The notes below the pieces were generated by a model, which did not search any database, was not told where the DNA came from, and worked only from the letters and a program-made list of their open reading frames with translations. Positions 37,300 through 48,900 of a stretch of 64,000 nucleotides of DNA are shown one piece after another (the stretch's first letter is position 1; each line of letters starts with the position of its first letter). The DNA is from Raillietiella orientalis. Its lineage: Eukaryota. The DNA is taken from contig JAYWIR010000019.1 of the NCBI GenBank assembly GCA_036172245.1, positions 1,798,001-1,862,000 of the forward strand. The letters are read 5' to 3'. Both the position numbers and the translations under genes were made by a program.

Positions 37300-40200
37300 C
37301 TGCGGAGATGAATTATGAGCACCAGCGACACGCCACCGCCGACTGGCTCTCTTCTTCTCCCTTCCTTTCCAGCTCCTCCCGCGACCCCCTCTCGGGACAG
37401 GCCCGCCTGCGCAGCAGTCTCCTCTTCCGAAAGTGCCCGGGGAGCTCTCCTCCCCGGCAGGGTTGCCACCGTCCTCGAGCGAGCGCTCTGGCGGGAACAG
37501 CCAACGCCATGCGACCGGAAGGCGTGTAGGAAATTGGAACGAGGGCGAAGAGGAGCACCCCGGCTCGCCAGGCGAGGGTCGCGCGAGGCAGCTTGCCGGC
37601 CGGCACCTTTGCTTCTCCCCCCCCCCCTTCCCTCCCTCCCTCCTTGCGGCCTCACCCCGTCATGTCGAAGCGGCGCGCGCACCGACGGCCGCGTCGAGCG
37701 GGAGGAAGGAAGCAGCGGCAACGGGACTCTTCACGAGGTTTCCACGCCGAGGTTTCCACCCGAACGAGTCTGCAGGCCGATCGCTGCGCGGGAGGTTCCG
37801 GGAGGCAGCAGCGGCCAGGGATCCCAGCATCCCATGCCACGTTCGGAGCGTTCCTTCGTTGCCACTCCCACGACGCAGCGGGGAATGAGGCAGAGCAGAG
37901 ACGGCCCCCGGCACAGCTGCTCAAATGCATCGCCACATCATCGCCCTTGCGTCGGCGAGTAACAGGGGCCACCTGACTACCCTATGCGCAGCAGCGTCAG
38001 CAACGTGAGCAGCAGCGTCAAAGGCGGCAGCCAGAGACAACAGTCGCAGCAGCAAAAGCAGCTTCAGAAACGTCAGCAACAGTGTCCCATGCAGCAAGAG
38101 CAGTAGCAGTAAAAGAAACAGCGTCAGTGGCGGCAGCAGAGTCGGTCGTGGCAGTTGCAGCGGCAAAAGCAGCGTCGGAAACAGTGTCACAGGCAGCACG
38201 AGCAGCAGCAGCAAAAGCAGGAGACGAGTCAGAGGACGTAGCGCTGCCGCAGCCGCAGAAAAAGCAGCGTTCCAGGAGGCAGCAGCAGCAGCGTGACAGA
38301 CGGCAACAGAGGCAGCCGCAGAGTCAGAAGTGGCTGGAGGGAGGGCGGTCCCTGCTGGAAGGGGAGAATCGGGTGAAAAGCAGCACGAGCGGCATCCCCC
38401 GCGTGCCGGCGGATTGCAAGGGCGCTCTGGATCCGGGACGCGTCCGTCGTGGATGACCGGTCCAAGGGGTGGAGCGCCTGCCGGGGACCGCGCGCTCCCC
38501 CTTCGTGCTGCTCCTCCGTTCAGCGGAGGACGGCGGACGGGCGGGGCGCGCTCCCGGAAGGAGGAGGCGAAGGGAGAAACTGCACGGCGGGAAGCGCTCG
38601 GCGGCGTCCCCCGCGGTGATTGGCGGGCGTGCGCCCGCGGCCCGCCGCCCGCAGCGAACTCCGCCGCGGCGGGCGCGCCTCGTGCCCGCGAGCGGGAGGG
38701 AGGCCGGCCCTTCCCCGGCTCGCCAGCGCCCTCCTCCTCTTCCCGTCTCCTCCCGTCGCGCGAGCGTCCCGCCCCAACCCTTTCTCATGAGTTATTCATA
38801 GGAGGAGGCCGGGACTCGCCGCGCGCGCGCCAGCCCCAGCGCGTCGCCCGCCGCCCTGCCCCCGGAGCGTGTGTCGCCTGATTGGCTCGCCGCGCCCCGG
38901 GATAGGCAGCGCCTCCTTCGGAGATGCGGCCCGTCCGGGCAACCGTACGGGCCAGCTGCTTACCCCCCCCTTCTCGGTCCTAAGGGAGCTTGGACTATGG
39001 CCGGCCCACCACCCTTGCTCGGAGTCCGTCGTCTTCCTCTCGAAGGCTGGTGGAAATCGGTCGGACTCTGAGCGATGCCGTCTGGAGGGCCGCGTCCCTC
39101 CGCGAGGCCCGGCTTCCCCCAGTGGGACGCCTTCCAGAGCGCGGGAGCGGCGGCCTGCCGTGTTCGCGCAGAGTCCGACGCGTCAGCTCGGCAGTGGCAG
39201 CACTCGCCGCGGTGGGCGCAGGGAAGCGTCCGGCGCCTCCGTCACTCGTGTCTTCCAGGGCGGGAGTCTTCAGGAGGGAGTTGGACCCCTTGGGAGGAGC
39301 AGGAGCGTTTCCGGAGGAACGCATTCCCTTCCCGCTCCTCCCGCCCGACGGGCGGCACCATGGACTTCGACCCCCGCTCAGGGGGCAGCTTATCTCGGGA
39401 GGCTGTTTGCTCAGCAGCAGCAGGCGGCGGCGGTGGCGCTGCCGGTCCGCTCGAGGGTGCAGGGGTGTTGCCCGCGGTGTCCATGGCTTGGGGAACTCCT
39501 GCCGCGGACAGGAGTCCCTCTCAGACTTCGGAGGCACTTCCGCCGCTCCGGAAAGACGGGTCGAGAGGGAATGCGAGGAACATGCGGCGACCGGGACGCG
39601 CTGTCTCTCTCCTTAAAGCTGCGCCGGGAACAGGAAGACTCCCTCAGACCGTCGCTGGGAGGGTCCGAGAGCATGCGAAGCCGCAATAAGGGGGGAGGGA
39701 CCAGGGAACAGCTGTCCGGAGGAGTCATGGCAACGGGAGGGGGAGCTCTCAGCTCTGCCACTCTCCCTCTCCCTCCCCGCGCACGGGGGGGTGGGGAGAG
39801 GAGGAAGCAGAGTGGGGAACGAGAAGGAGGGTGGGGGAGAAGGATTCCTCCTCTTCTCGAGAGCGGTGGCTGGAGAAGACGAGTCAGAAAGCGAAGGGAA
39901 GGGCGCTCTCCGGACTGGCGGCCGGAGTATCCCTCCCTTCCCGCCGTGGACGCAGCTTCCCCCCCCCTTCTAATGAAGCCGGGAAACTGCCGGAATATCA
40001 AGCGGGACCTCATTACAATCGAAGACCGGGGAAGGAGGAAGGGGGAGCCGCTCGGAGGCGCCTCCTATATTGGGGCATGCTCCGACGCTGGAGTGACACG
40101 TGTCTCCCGCTTTCGCTCTCCTCCTGCCATCGCAATCTGAGGCGAAGAATTCCAAGACCGATCGGGGAGCGGTGGAAGTGGGGTTGGTGGAAAGGAAAGG

Positions 40201-43200
40201 GAGAGGGGAACGAGGGTGACGCGCAACGGGAAGCCGGCCCTTGCAAGGGTCAGACTGTTCGCGAATTCATGGATGAGGGTCGGGGCTCGGAAAGCCGTAC
40301 GGAGCCCGGACTGGTTCCCGAAGCAGGCGTGTTGGCAAGCAAGGACGGCGGTTATCCAGGTGACGTCCCAGGCACGCCATTGGCTCGGCAGGTTCAGCCG
40401 ACTGCGGCGTCCTGTTTCATCGAGCATCCACTGCGGTGCGGTGGAGGCTGCCGAGTTGCCTCGAGGCACTCTGGCTCCAGGGGTGACGGCAGCGGAAGGG
40501 GTCTTAAAGGGGGAGAGCTTGAATGGTTAGATAACCGATGGACCACGATCTTCAGCTCCATGCAGCGCTCCGAAGAAAGTAAAAAGTTCAGTGGATGTAT
40601 CTCCTCCTCTCTCTTCCCTTCCCTCTTCTTCCTATTCTCTCATTTCTCCTCCAGGCACCACCACCACCTCCTCCCTTCTTACCTCCCTCGTTTTCCTCCT
40701 TCTTTTGCTTCCGACTGAGACCGCCGTCTCCGGGACGGAGAGAGCGGTCGCCCCTCCTCGTCCGCGACGCCTCTGCTCATCAGAATCCCTTTCGATCCCC
40801 CTTTGCTGTCGGCAGGCAGGCAGAGGTGGGACCATCGTCCCAATGGTTCCTCCTCTACACCAAGGAGCATTCACAGTCCAGGTTTCCTTTGTGAGGAGTT
40901 GCCTGTCGGAGAGGAAGGACGGGTCTGCCGCAGGAGAAGGCCGGTGGAGCGCGCCCGCGGGCGTCTCCTCCCCCCCCTCCTCTCCGGCATGGACGTCTGG
41001 CTCCTCCTCTCCCGTTCCCATGGTTACCGGGAGTAGGGTGACGGACCGGCGTCGTCTTCCTCCCGGAGCACGGGCGGGAAAGGAGGGGAGGGAGGCGCTA
41101 GTCCTCCCTTCTCTTCTTTCCTCCACTCCCGCCCCGCTTGCGCCTGCCGGGGGCGAATCTCCGCTGCTCCCGGATCCGGGGATAGGAACGAGCAGCTTCT
41201 CCCGTTCCGGGAAAAAAAAAAAAGGCGCGCTTTCCCATGCTCCCCCGCCGTCTCCAGGCGGCGCCCCTTGCTCTAAGGGGCGTCGCCGCCGTGCGAACCC
41301 CGGGAGGAGAAAGGAAGAGGAGGGGAGGGGGGCAGGGAGCCTCCCTTTCCTGCCTCCTAGGTGAGTGCCCGCGCGTTTCCCACATTACGGAACCCGTGCG
41401 AGGAATCCGCTGGTTTAGGGAATCCGGGAACCCCTTTTTTCCCTCTTTTTTTCCCCTTTCTTCCAGAAGGGGTTCTGGGAGTTTTCCCCCTTTTTGCGCG
41501 CGTTCCAGCACGTTTTTTTCTTCTTCCTCCTCCTTTCCCCCCCTTTTCCCCCTTTTTCGGGAGCAAAATCCTCTCGACGTGGGAAAGCCCCGCCACAATG
41601 GGGCTCTCCGGCTCCAGAGACCCCTACTTGCGCCCTTTTGTTCCCGCCGGAGGGCGCCGGACGCTCCTCACGAAGGCGATCGGCGTCCCACGGGATGCCC
41701 TCACAAGGAGACTCCCCGGTACCTCCCCCCCGGCGCACGATGGCTCTCGACAGCACCCCCCTGCTGAACTCCTGGCTCTGCCGATGCCTCTCCAGACGGA
41801 GGCGCCAGGCGAGGAGGGGCGAGGGCTCTCACCGGCAGGGAGGCCCACCAGAGAGCGCGGCGAGGCGGATGCTGGGGATGAAGGGAGGCTGAAGTGAAGC
41901 AGCAGGCCAAGAAGCGTTGCGGGCACCAGGCAGGGGACAGCTCTGGGCAGATCCACCAAGGCCGCCGCGTGCCACCCCCAGAATGCGTCGCCGACAGGTG
42001 GGCGCCCCTCGATTCCGCGACAGGGCGCGCCTGAGCCTCCCGCTGTTCCCGGGTCCTGCTGACGGGAACTACCCCTGAGCGGTCCCAAGGTGGCTCCGTG
42101 GGCGCTTGCCACCACGGGGTCGGGACGAACGTCCGACGGCCCATCCGCCACGCAGAGCCCCTGCGACGGCAGCAGCGGGACGATTCCTGGATTCCCGTCC
42201 CTCGCTGATCCCCCCGCCCTCCTCCTCCCTCCCGCCCTTCCCCAAGATGCGATGATGAAAAATTCATGGCGAGGCGCAGCGCGCCGCGGCGCAGCCGTTG
42301 CCGAGGCAGCGCCGGCCGGTGCTTCCCAGATCCGGGAAGACTCCTTTTAGGGGCCGCGCGGGAATCCCTCGAGGCCGGGGGACCTTCTTTGGCGGAGCTG
42401 CCCTCTCCCGGCAGCGTGCCCATCCGCTCGCCGGGAATTCGGACGTAGGGAGGGCCCGGGAGAGAGCGAGTCGCTGCTCCATCCGAGAACCGTCGGACGT
42501 TCCGTCGATCCTGAATTTTCCCTTCCCTCTCTTCCTCCCTCCCTTCCTCCTCCTCCTCTTCCCTTTTCTGACTCCAGGGAGAGTTTCCTGCTCGGTTCGG
42601 GACGGTTGCAATGGAGTTGACTGTTCCGGAGCGCTTTCCTGCGGAGGAATCTAGCGATTCAGGCCTTCCGGCCGCGGAGGGGGGGGAGGTCACCGTCGGG
42701 AGCGCAGGGCCAGTGGTCCCCCCCAGGGTTTGTGCCGACCATGCGTGTCCGGTCGGCACACCGGCTCATCGGTAGCGCCAGACGCAAGAGAGTCCCGCTA
42801 GAAGGGTGCGTCGAGCGAGCCACGGCAACCCCTCGAGATGCGACGCTTCCTGCTTCCCTATTGGCTGGCAGGGTTGCCGCGTTCGGCGGCGGGCTCTTCG
42901 CCCAGGTTTCCGCCCCGAGGATTCCTCATCAAAGCGCCCGCGTGGCTCCAGCTCTCTGCACGCAAGGAGCAGCCGTCACGGGGGGCAGGTCGGGGCCGCC
43001 GATCGGAGCTGCTGCTGGTGATGATGCTGGTAAGGACGGTTGCTAGACTGCTCCTTTTTCTCTCTCCCGCCCCGTTTCTTCTGGTTTCCCGGAGCACCCA
43101 TGCGGATGGCCGGAGCGACCGACCTGCCGGTCGCCTGCGGTTCGGGGTGGTCCTCCATCCTGCGCTCTTTCTCCCTCGTTTACACCCGTGTTCCCCCTTT

Positions 43201-44450
43201 TCCCGTCCCGGGAACCCTCTCGCCCGATATGATCGCCTCCCCTACGCGGCTCCCTGCCTTCCTTCTTGCCGCACGTCACGACCCCGAGGGAAGGTCACCG
43301 AGGTGACCTTCCCCCGAGATTCTCTCTGCCTCCGGCGCCCGCGGCTGTGCGCGGCGACGTCGGAAGGAGCGCGCGCGCGCCCGGGCGGCCGTCCCTTCTC
43401 ACCTCCCTTTTCAGCTCCCCCCTCGACCCCATCTTTCCGGCGGGGGCGGGGAGGGGCGGCGGGACCGCGGCCTTCGCATGCTGCCCTCCCGGGGGGTTTC
43501 GCCGACCCTTCAGCTTCCCAATGATCCCCACCGCATCTGTGCGCTCTTCCAGGTTACACGGCGCCGTCCCCGCGAACGGCAGATGCCCAGCAAAGGGGAT
43601 GACCTCAGGACCACGGCCACCGGCGTCCTCCGGAGCAGAGGTAAGCAGCGGGGGTCACGGAGGAGGAGAGGCGAGGGGGCAGCCCTCCCTCCCGAGCCAC
43701 GTGTTCCAACGCGCCGTCTTCAGCCGCTTCCACGGTAGCGAGGGAGGATGGGAGGGACGTTCCCATCACCCCTTCACTTTCTTCCCGGGAATGGGAGCGT
43801 CGCTCCGCCTCCATCCCGCCCTCGACGAAGGAGAGGAAGAAGAGCGGCAGGGAGGATAGAACCACCCGCTGGCGTGTCTTCCTCCCCCTGCCCCCTCCCT
43901 TCTTCGCCGAGCCGCCTCCTCTCCTCTCCAGAAGTGCCCGCTCGCTCGCGTCCCCGGCAACGCGTCGGGAGGAGGAGGAGGAATAAAAAGGGTTCGCGGC
44001 GCGCGCCCCAGAGCTCTGTTCCCTCAGGGCAGTCCCCCTTCCCGTCCGCCTCGGCGCGCGAGCGCTCGCGATCCAGCATCCCTGCGGCACCCCTTCTTTA
44101 TGGTCCTGTTGTTTGCACGCGCCTGAGGCCGCTGGGGAGACGCGCGGCGCCTCGGGGCTCCCCCGAAGTGAGGCGTCTCCGAGGCAGGCAAACGGCAGCG
44201 GCGGCGGCCGGCTGCAGTGCCCCGCATGTTTCCGTCCAGGGAGGGTTCGGCCCCGCGCCCTTCCGGGCCCGGCCAGGGAAGGCAAGGACACCCCTCCGCC
44301 CTTCCTCGCGCGTCCACCGCCCGCGATCGAGGACGCTCGAATTCCTCCGCGGGTGGTCTCGGGGCGACCCCGAAGGACGGCCGGGGTGAGGGCGGCCGCT
44401 GCCCTCGCGCCTCGACAGCCCGGGGGCTGGCAGTGCTCCGCGCTGGGAGG
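37300..44450 (+). mobile_element. Near-full-length but completely decayed BEL/Pao gag-pol relic D
   Basis: Complete domain order: LSGQARLRS (gag), VLRELGLW...HHPC (knuckle), DFDPRSGGSLSRE (protease), EGRSPDWRPEYPSLP, GQTVREFMDEG, GYPGDV, LHQGAFTV, GREALVLPSLLSSTPAPLAP, LDVGKPRHNGALRLQR, TLLTKAIGVPRDALTRRL, ALDSTPLLNSWL, NSWRGAARRGAAV, YWLAGLP, MAGATDLP...RVPPFPVPG, KGMTSGPRPPASSG. LTRs not identified; the 5' part is less certain. Confidence 0.65.
37985..38330 (+). repeat. Degenerate (CAG/GCA)n trinucleotide tract
   Basis: About 350 bp of interrupted gcagcag units whose register shifts between Ser, Gln and Ala frames. Confidence 0.8.
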
Positions 44451-45475
44451 CGGGGCACTGCCAGGGGCCACTTTCAGGGGAGAGGCGCCGATGCCGTCGT
44501 CGGTTTTTCCGGGACGCATCCAGGAGCGCCTCTCGGCTGGGATATGGGAGAACCTCCTGCTCCTGCTTGGAGGGGCGAGTGACCCCTCAAACCTGCGGGA
44601 GGGTCGGGTCGGGTCGCACGGGGGTCCGCCAAACTCGGCAAGCTCTCCCCACCCACCTTCCAACCCCCCCACCCCTTGGCACGGTCGGGAGAAGGGCTAG
44701 CCTCAGCCGCCTCGGGGCACGGCGGCGGCGGCCGCGTGCAGGTGGCGCCACCTGCCGAACGGTCGGCAGCAATTTGGGGTCTCCCAAATCGCGCGTTTCC
44801 GATCCGCAGGCGCTGCGTTGCGGGTCGTTCCGAGCGACGCGCGTGATCGGCGACGGCGCGCTCCAGCGGCCTCTGACCGGGAGGAGCCGAGCAGCCTGGG
44901 GGCGCTGGACCGCCGCGGCTTGCAAGGCGCACGCGCGGGGCGCGAGGGGGAAACGGAAGGGGAGGGGGAGTAAAGACGCGAACTCGCGCGCCCGTCTTCG
45001 CTTCCCCCCGTCCCCCCCTTCCCCTTCCCCGGAAGAAGAAAGAGAGCCTCTGCCTCAGGAACGTTCTGGAACTCCCGCCGGCGGCGGCTCGCGGTGGCCG
45101 CTCGCGGAGGCTGCAGTCCCGGGACAGCTCCCTCTAATTGGACGCCGTCAACGCGGACGCCACTGGCGTGAATCACGGGACGCCAGCGGAGAGCGCCGCA
45201 ACGCGCGCACCTCCCCGCGCTCCGCCGGGAGCGGTCCCGAGCGGAAAAATTTCCGAACGCGACTTTCTCCGCCCCGCCTGCGCGCGCCCCTTATTGCGCG
45301 GTCCGCGCGGGGCCTCCACGTCTTTCTCAGCTCCTCTTTCGAGGAGGCCCGCGGCAGGTGGACTGGCTTGAGGGAGAGACGCCCCCCGGGAGGTGGCGGT
45401 CCGGGGGGAGCCGTGCGCGCAAAGACGACCGAGGAGTGGTCGCGCCTCCGCTGCGAGAAGAATCCCCGAGCTGGA

Positions 45476-45745
45476 GAATACGAATGGCGGCGGAACGGAT
45501 ACGAATAGGAACGACGGCAGGGCTGATGAGAATACGAATGGTGGCAGGACGGATACGAACACAAATAACAACAGAAATGATACGAATACGAATGACTGCG
45601 AAACGAATACGAATGTGAACAGCGGCACTACGGATACGAATTCTCATGTCAATGCTAATACGCGTGCGAATACGCATATCAGTACTCGTTCCTGTTAATG
45701 CTACTGATGTTAATGCCGATATAAATACGAATACGAATGCGGACC
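45476..45745 (+). repeat. Degenerate (GAATAC/GGATAC)n hexamer tract
   Basis: Recurrent gaatacgaat and ggatacgaa units, plus a near-duplicated block (gagaatacgaatgg.ggc.g.acggatacgaa at 45475 and 45528). Confidence 0.85.
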
Positions 45746-45849
45746 CCGGCGTGAATGATTAGCAGAATGCTGCTGCTGCTAACAGCAACAATTATAAAAG
45801 GCGGAAAAGTAACGGTAACAGTAGCACCGATAAGAATAGCACTCTTATC

Positions 45850-46760
45850 AATAATAATATTCAACTTTGAGAGGCAGATCGCTCTTCTGGAGGTCCTTCT
45901 GATTCGAAGACATTCTGATTCGGGAATGTCTTCACCTTCGAGGAATTTCTCATCACGGAAGGACCTCACCAGCTCCCCTGTTTCGGCTGCTTCATCTTCA
46001 ACGGGAGATCTTACTCCCACCTGATTCTTCCACCAGTAGCACTGTGGGAATCTCCCCTTCTTCCTTCTGGTCTGGATTTTCTTCCAGAGTTCTCCCATAA
46101 CAATATCCTTAAGGATAATAAGGATGGCGACAGCAGCAGCAGCAGCAGCAACGACATTGCCAGTGGTAACCATGGTCGCGATCAAGGGAAAATGGCGCGA
46201 GCTGAAGGCGGGGCGATGCGCGTCCGCGTGCCCACCGAGGAGTCGACCTGCAGAGGCTCCTCACGTCATCTTGAGCGTCCGGATCCGGGTAGCAGCTACT
46301 CGCTTCCTGGATCCGGCTCCACCCCGTTCTCCATGAGTCCTCTGTCCACGGCTTTCCCGGGGGAACGCCTCCTTTCCTCGTGCTTTCCTGCGCCGGGAGC
46401 CCCCTGCTGATCGTGCAGCCGCGCCCAGAGTGTTCGCTGCTGGCCTTTTGACGTGCGGGGTGCCCTCCGCGCCCGGGACGCCATTCCCTGGCATCCCTCT
46501 CGAGGGGAGGAGCAGGAGGGGGGGAGAAGGAAAAGCCTTCCTGCTCCGCTTCGCTCGTCCCGGAGGAGTTTTTCGCCTCGGGCAAAACTTCTGATGACCA
46601 GTGCCGCCTGGGCGGAGCGGCAGCCGCAAGATCGCTTGGCCTCTCTGCTCGCGGGGAGGGCTGTGTGCGCACTGCCAGAAGCCCGAGGTCACTCCGGCTG
46701 CGGCGCTCGAGGGATCCACCGGCACCGGCTCGATCGGCTTCCTCTCCCAGCGGCACGAAA
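45850..46760 (-). mobile_element. BEL/Pao protease to pre-RT fragment
   Basis: CYPDPDAQDDV (~LADP....ID) followed by YWWKNQVGVRSPVEDE...LVRSFRDEKFLEGED (~FW.LE..GI......V..F......GRY). Confidence 0.35.
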
Positions 46761-47928
46761 TGGAAGAGGGGGGGGGGGGGCGGGGGATAAGGTGAGGGAC
46801 GCGGATCCCGTTCATGACCCCTTGACTCTCCGTCCTCTCCCCTCCCTTTCCCCGGTTTTACCCTGAGCGTGCTTTCCATGCCGCGGACGAAGCGGGTCGG
46901 CTGCGTTCCAGAGCGCGGAGGACTCGGGAAAAGGGGGGGGGGGGGGGGGGGAGGGAAGTTCGGGATTCTCCCGGGCGTCCTGCGGGGGTGCGCGGCTTGC
47001 GAGCCCAGGAGCTGGGCGTCCCCGCCCGTGCGAAAAAGCAGTCGCTGAAATCACGTGGTACACGGAGCGCAAGAACGCAAAGGCTGAGGTCATCAGAGGG
47101 TTATAACGAGAGCGGTGCCTCCGACTTGTGCATCCCTATTGTTGGGTTTACAACTGTCGCTGCTGAAGACAAAACGCTGATTACTCGGTTTATTCGCTCG
47201 GGTTTGGTGGCAGAGATCATAAATTCCTCGAGGGTATGTGTTTGTCTCCTGTTGTGCCTAGCGTTTATGGAAATTTATAGAAGTCGTTTCCCCCCCCCCC
47301 CCCCGTCCCATTTGTCGAAGGCTCCTCCAGTCGTTCGGGCGATTCTGCGTGCAACCCGGTTCGGAGTGCAGCTCGACCCGGTTCTTCACCCCTCTCCCCC
47401 TCGGCGCGGTCACTCCTTGGCGCGGCCCAGGAGCATCGCGCGCGCGCACAAAGTACTGCGCGCTCGCCGGCTTCGAAGCCGCTCCGGGATTGAGCCACAC
47501 CCGGCGTGTACGCAGGGGCGGTTATTCGTACATTCTATATAGAGTTCCCGTGGTTGGACCGGTGGTGCGCGGCCCCGTACTCTTTTTTCGATCGAACCTT
47601 TCGCCGCGTTGCCGGTCCGCAGACCGGTGGGGTCCGCCGCAGCAGCAGAGGGGAGTGGGCGAGCAAAAAGGAAAAGAAAGAAAGAGAGGAAGAAAAAAAA
47701 AAACAGTCTTCGAGCAGAGGTGGTGGTGCGGGAAGGGATCGCTGTCTGGCCACGCCGGGTTGAGGAATTCGGCTGCGCAGCACCTCCGAGGAGTAAATTG
47801 ATCCCAGCATCTCGTGTCAGAAGTGCGGGAGGAGGAGGAGGATGACGAGGAGGAAGGAGGGAGGGGGGGGAGGGGAAGGGAGTTGCAAAACCAACAAAAG
47901 TCTCCTGCGATTTTCTCGTGACAGTGTT

Positions 47929-47932
<4 letters not shown>

Positions 47933-47958
<26 letters not shown>
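47933..47958. repeat. (TC)n microsatellite
   Basis: Perfect tc run visible directly. Confidence 0.9.
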
Positions 47959-47965
<7 letters not shown>

Positions 47966-48189
47966 GCTGGGCCTTTCCCATGTCTTCCTTTATCAGCCTG
48001 ATTGAAGGCGCTCTTTAGGATTCAATTTAAATATTTCACTCCCTCGCCAAATTGCAGGTTGATTTCGTACGGCTCGAGAGTTAGCGGCCATTTCCTACCG
48101 AGTTATTACATATCGCCTCTTATTATGCTTCGCATTTCGTGTGCGTTTGCATAAAAGGCATGCCAGAAGTTGGGACGGAGCGTCATGCT

Positions 48190-48900
48190 AGCTGTCCTGC
48201 CCCATTAACTGGGTTTGATTGTTTAATAAGGATTCGCGCATGGATTGTCATCCGACATGGCAGAGATAAAACATCTCTTCCGTCTGCGTCGAGAGCCTGG
48301 CTTGAGGAACATTCTGCGCCGCGGCGCAGCGTGATAATAGACGCCTTTCTTCGTTTCTTGCACGGTTCGTGTGTGCTTCTGCGAGGCACGTTCGGCGACG
48401 AAAGGCATCCGAATTCATTAAGAGTCGATAAATTTCGTTCGCAGCCTATTGAACGGGAGATGACTGAGGCCTTGCAGGAATTAGAATGGCGCGGATGCCT
48501 AGGAATTTTCGGGGGAGCGAGCGCCAGCCTACCGTGTTTTCGCATGCCGGGGAGCGGCTGCCAGCATCGGGAATTCGTTTCCACTTAGAAGGTTCTGAGT
48601 GAAAATTGCTGTAACGATTAATTTAAATGGTCAATTTCATGAAGCGGCCGTTGCATGCCTGGCATGGCTTTGCGCGTACGAGAGTGTACGTTGTGCCTTT
48701 CCTGGGCTGGCGTGTCGGAGGATACTCTTCCTGCCTTCCAGAAGTGCCTTCGGTTGCGTCATCAGTGAGGGGATCACGTCGACCGTGGATCGTGAGGAAG
48801 CACTGCCTTTCCGGAAGGAACGCGGTCTTCCTCGTTTGCTTCGTGTTTGGCCGGTGGTCACTGCCACCAACCCGCATTTCGACCCGCGTAGAGTTGTCAG
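48190..48900 (+). mobile_element. BEL/Pao gag C-terminal fragment
   Basis: SLPSASRAWLEE...IIDAFLRFL (~KLP...R..WE.....L..L..FL) and VDREEALPFRKERGL (~ER..F.K..GLCF). Confidence 0.4.

Noticed and set aside
41232..41585. Cluster of Su(H)-like sites (ttcccatg, ttcccaca, cgtgggaa)
   Set aside because: Not in paired-site geometry, inside a TE relic, and compatible with chance.
43553..43640. Apparent 88-nt exon (cttccag|...GAG|gtaagc)
   Set aside because: No partner exon or recognisable peptide; matches the Pao integrase GI.W...PP.AP position in relic D.
48060..48085. miR-375-like tttcgtacggctcgagagtta
   Set aside because: Seed mismatch and no complementary arm.
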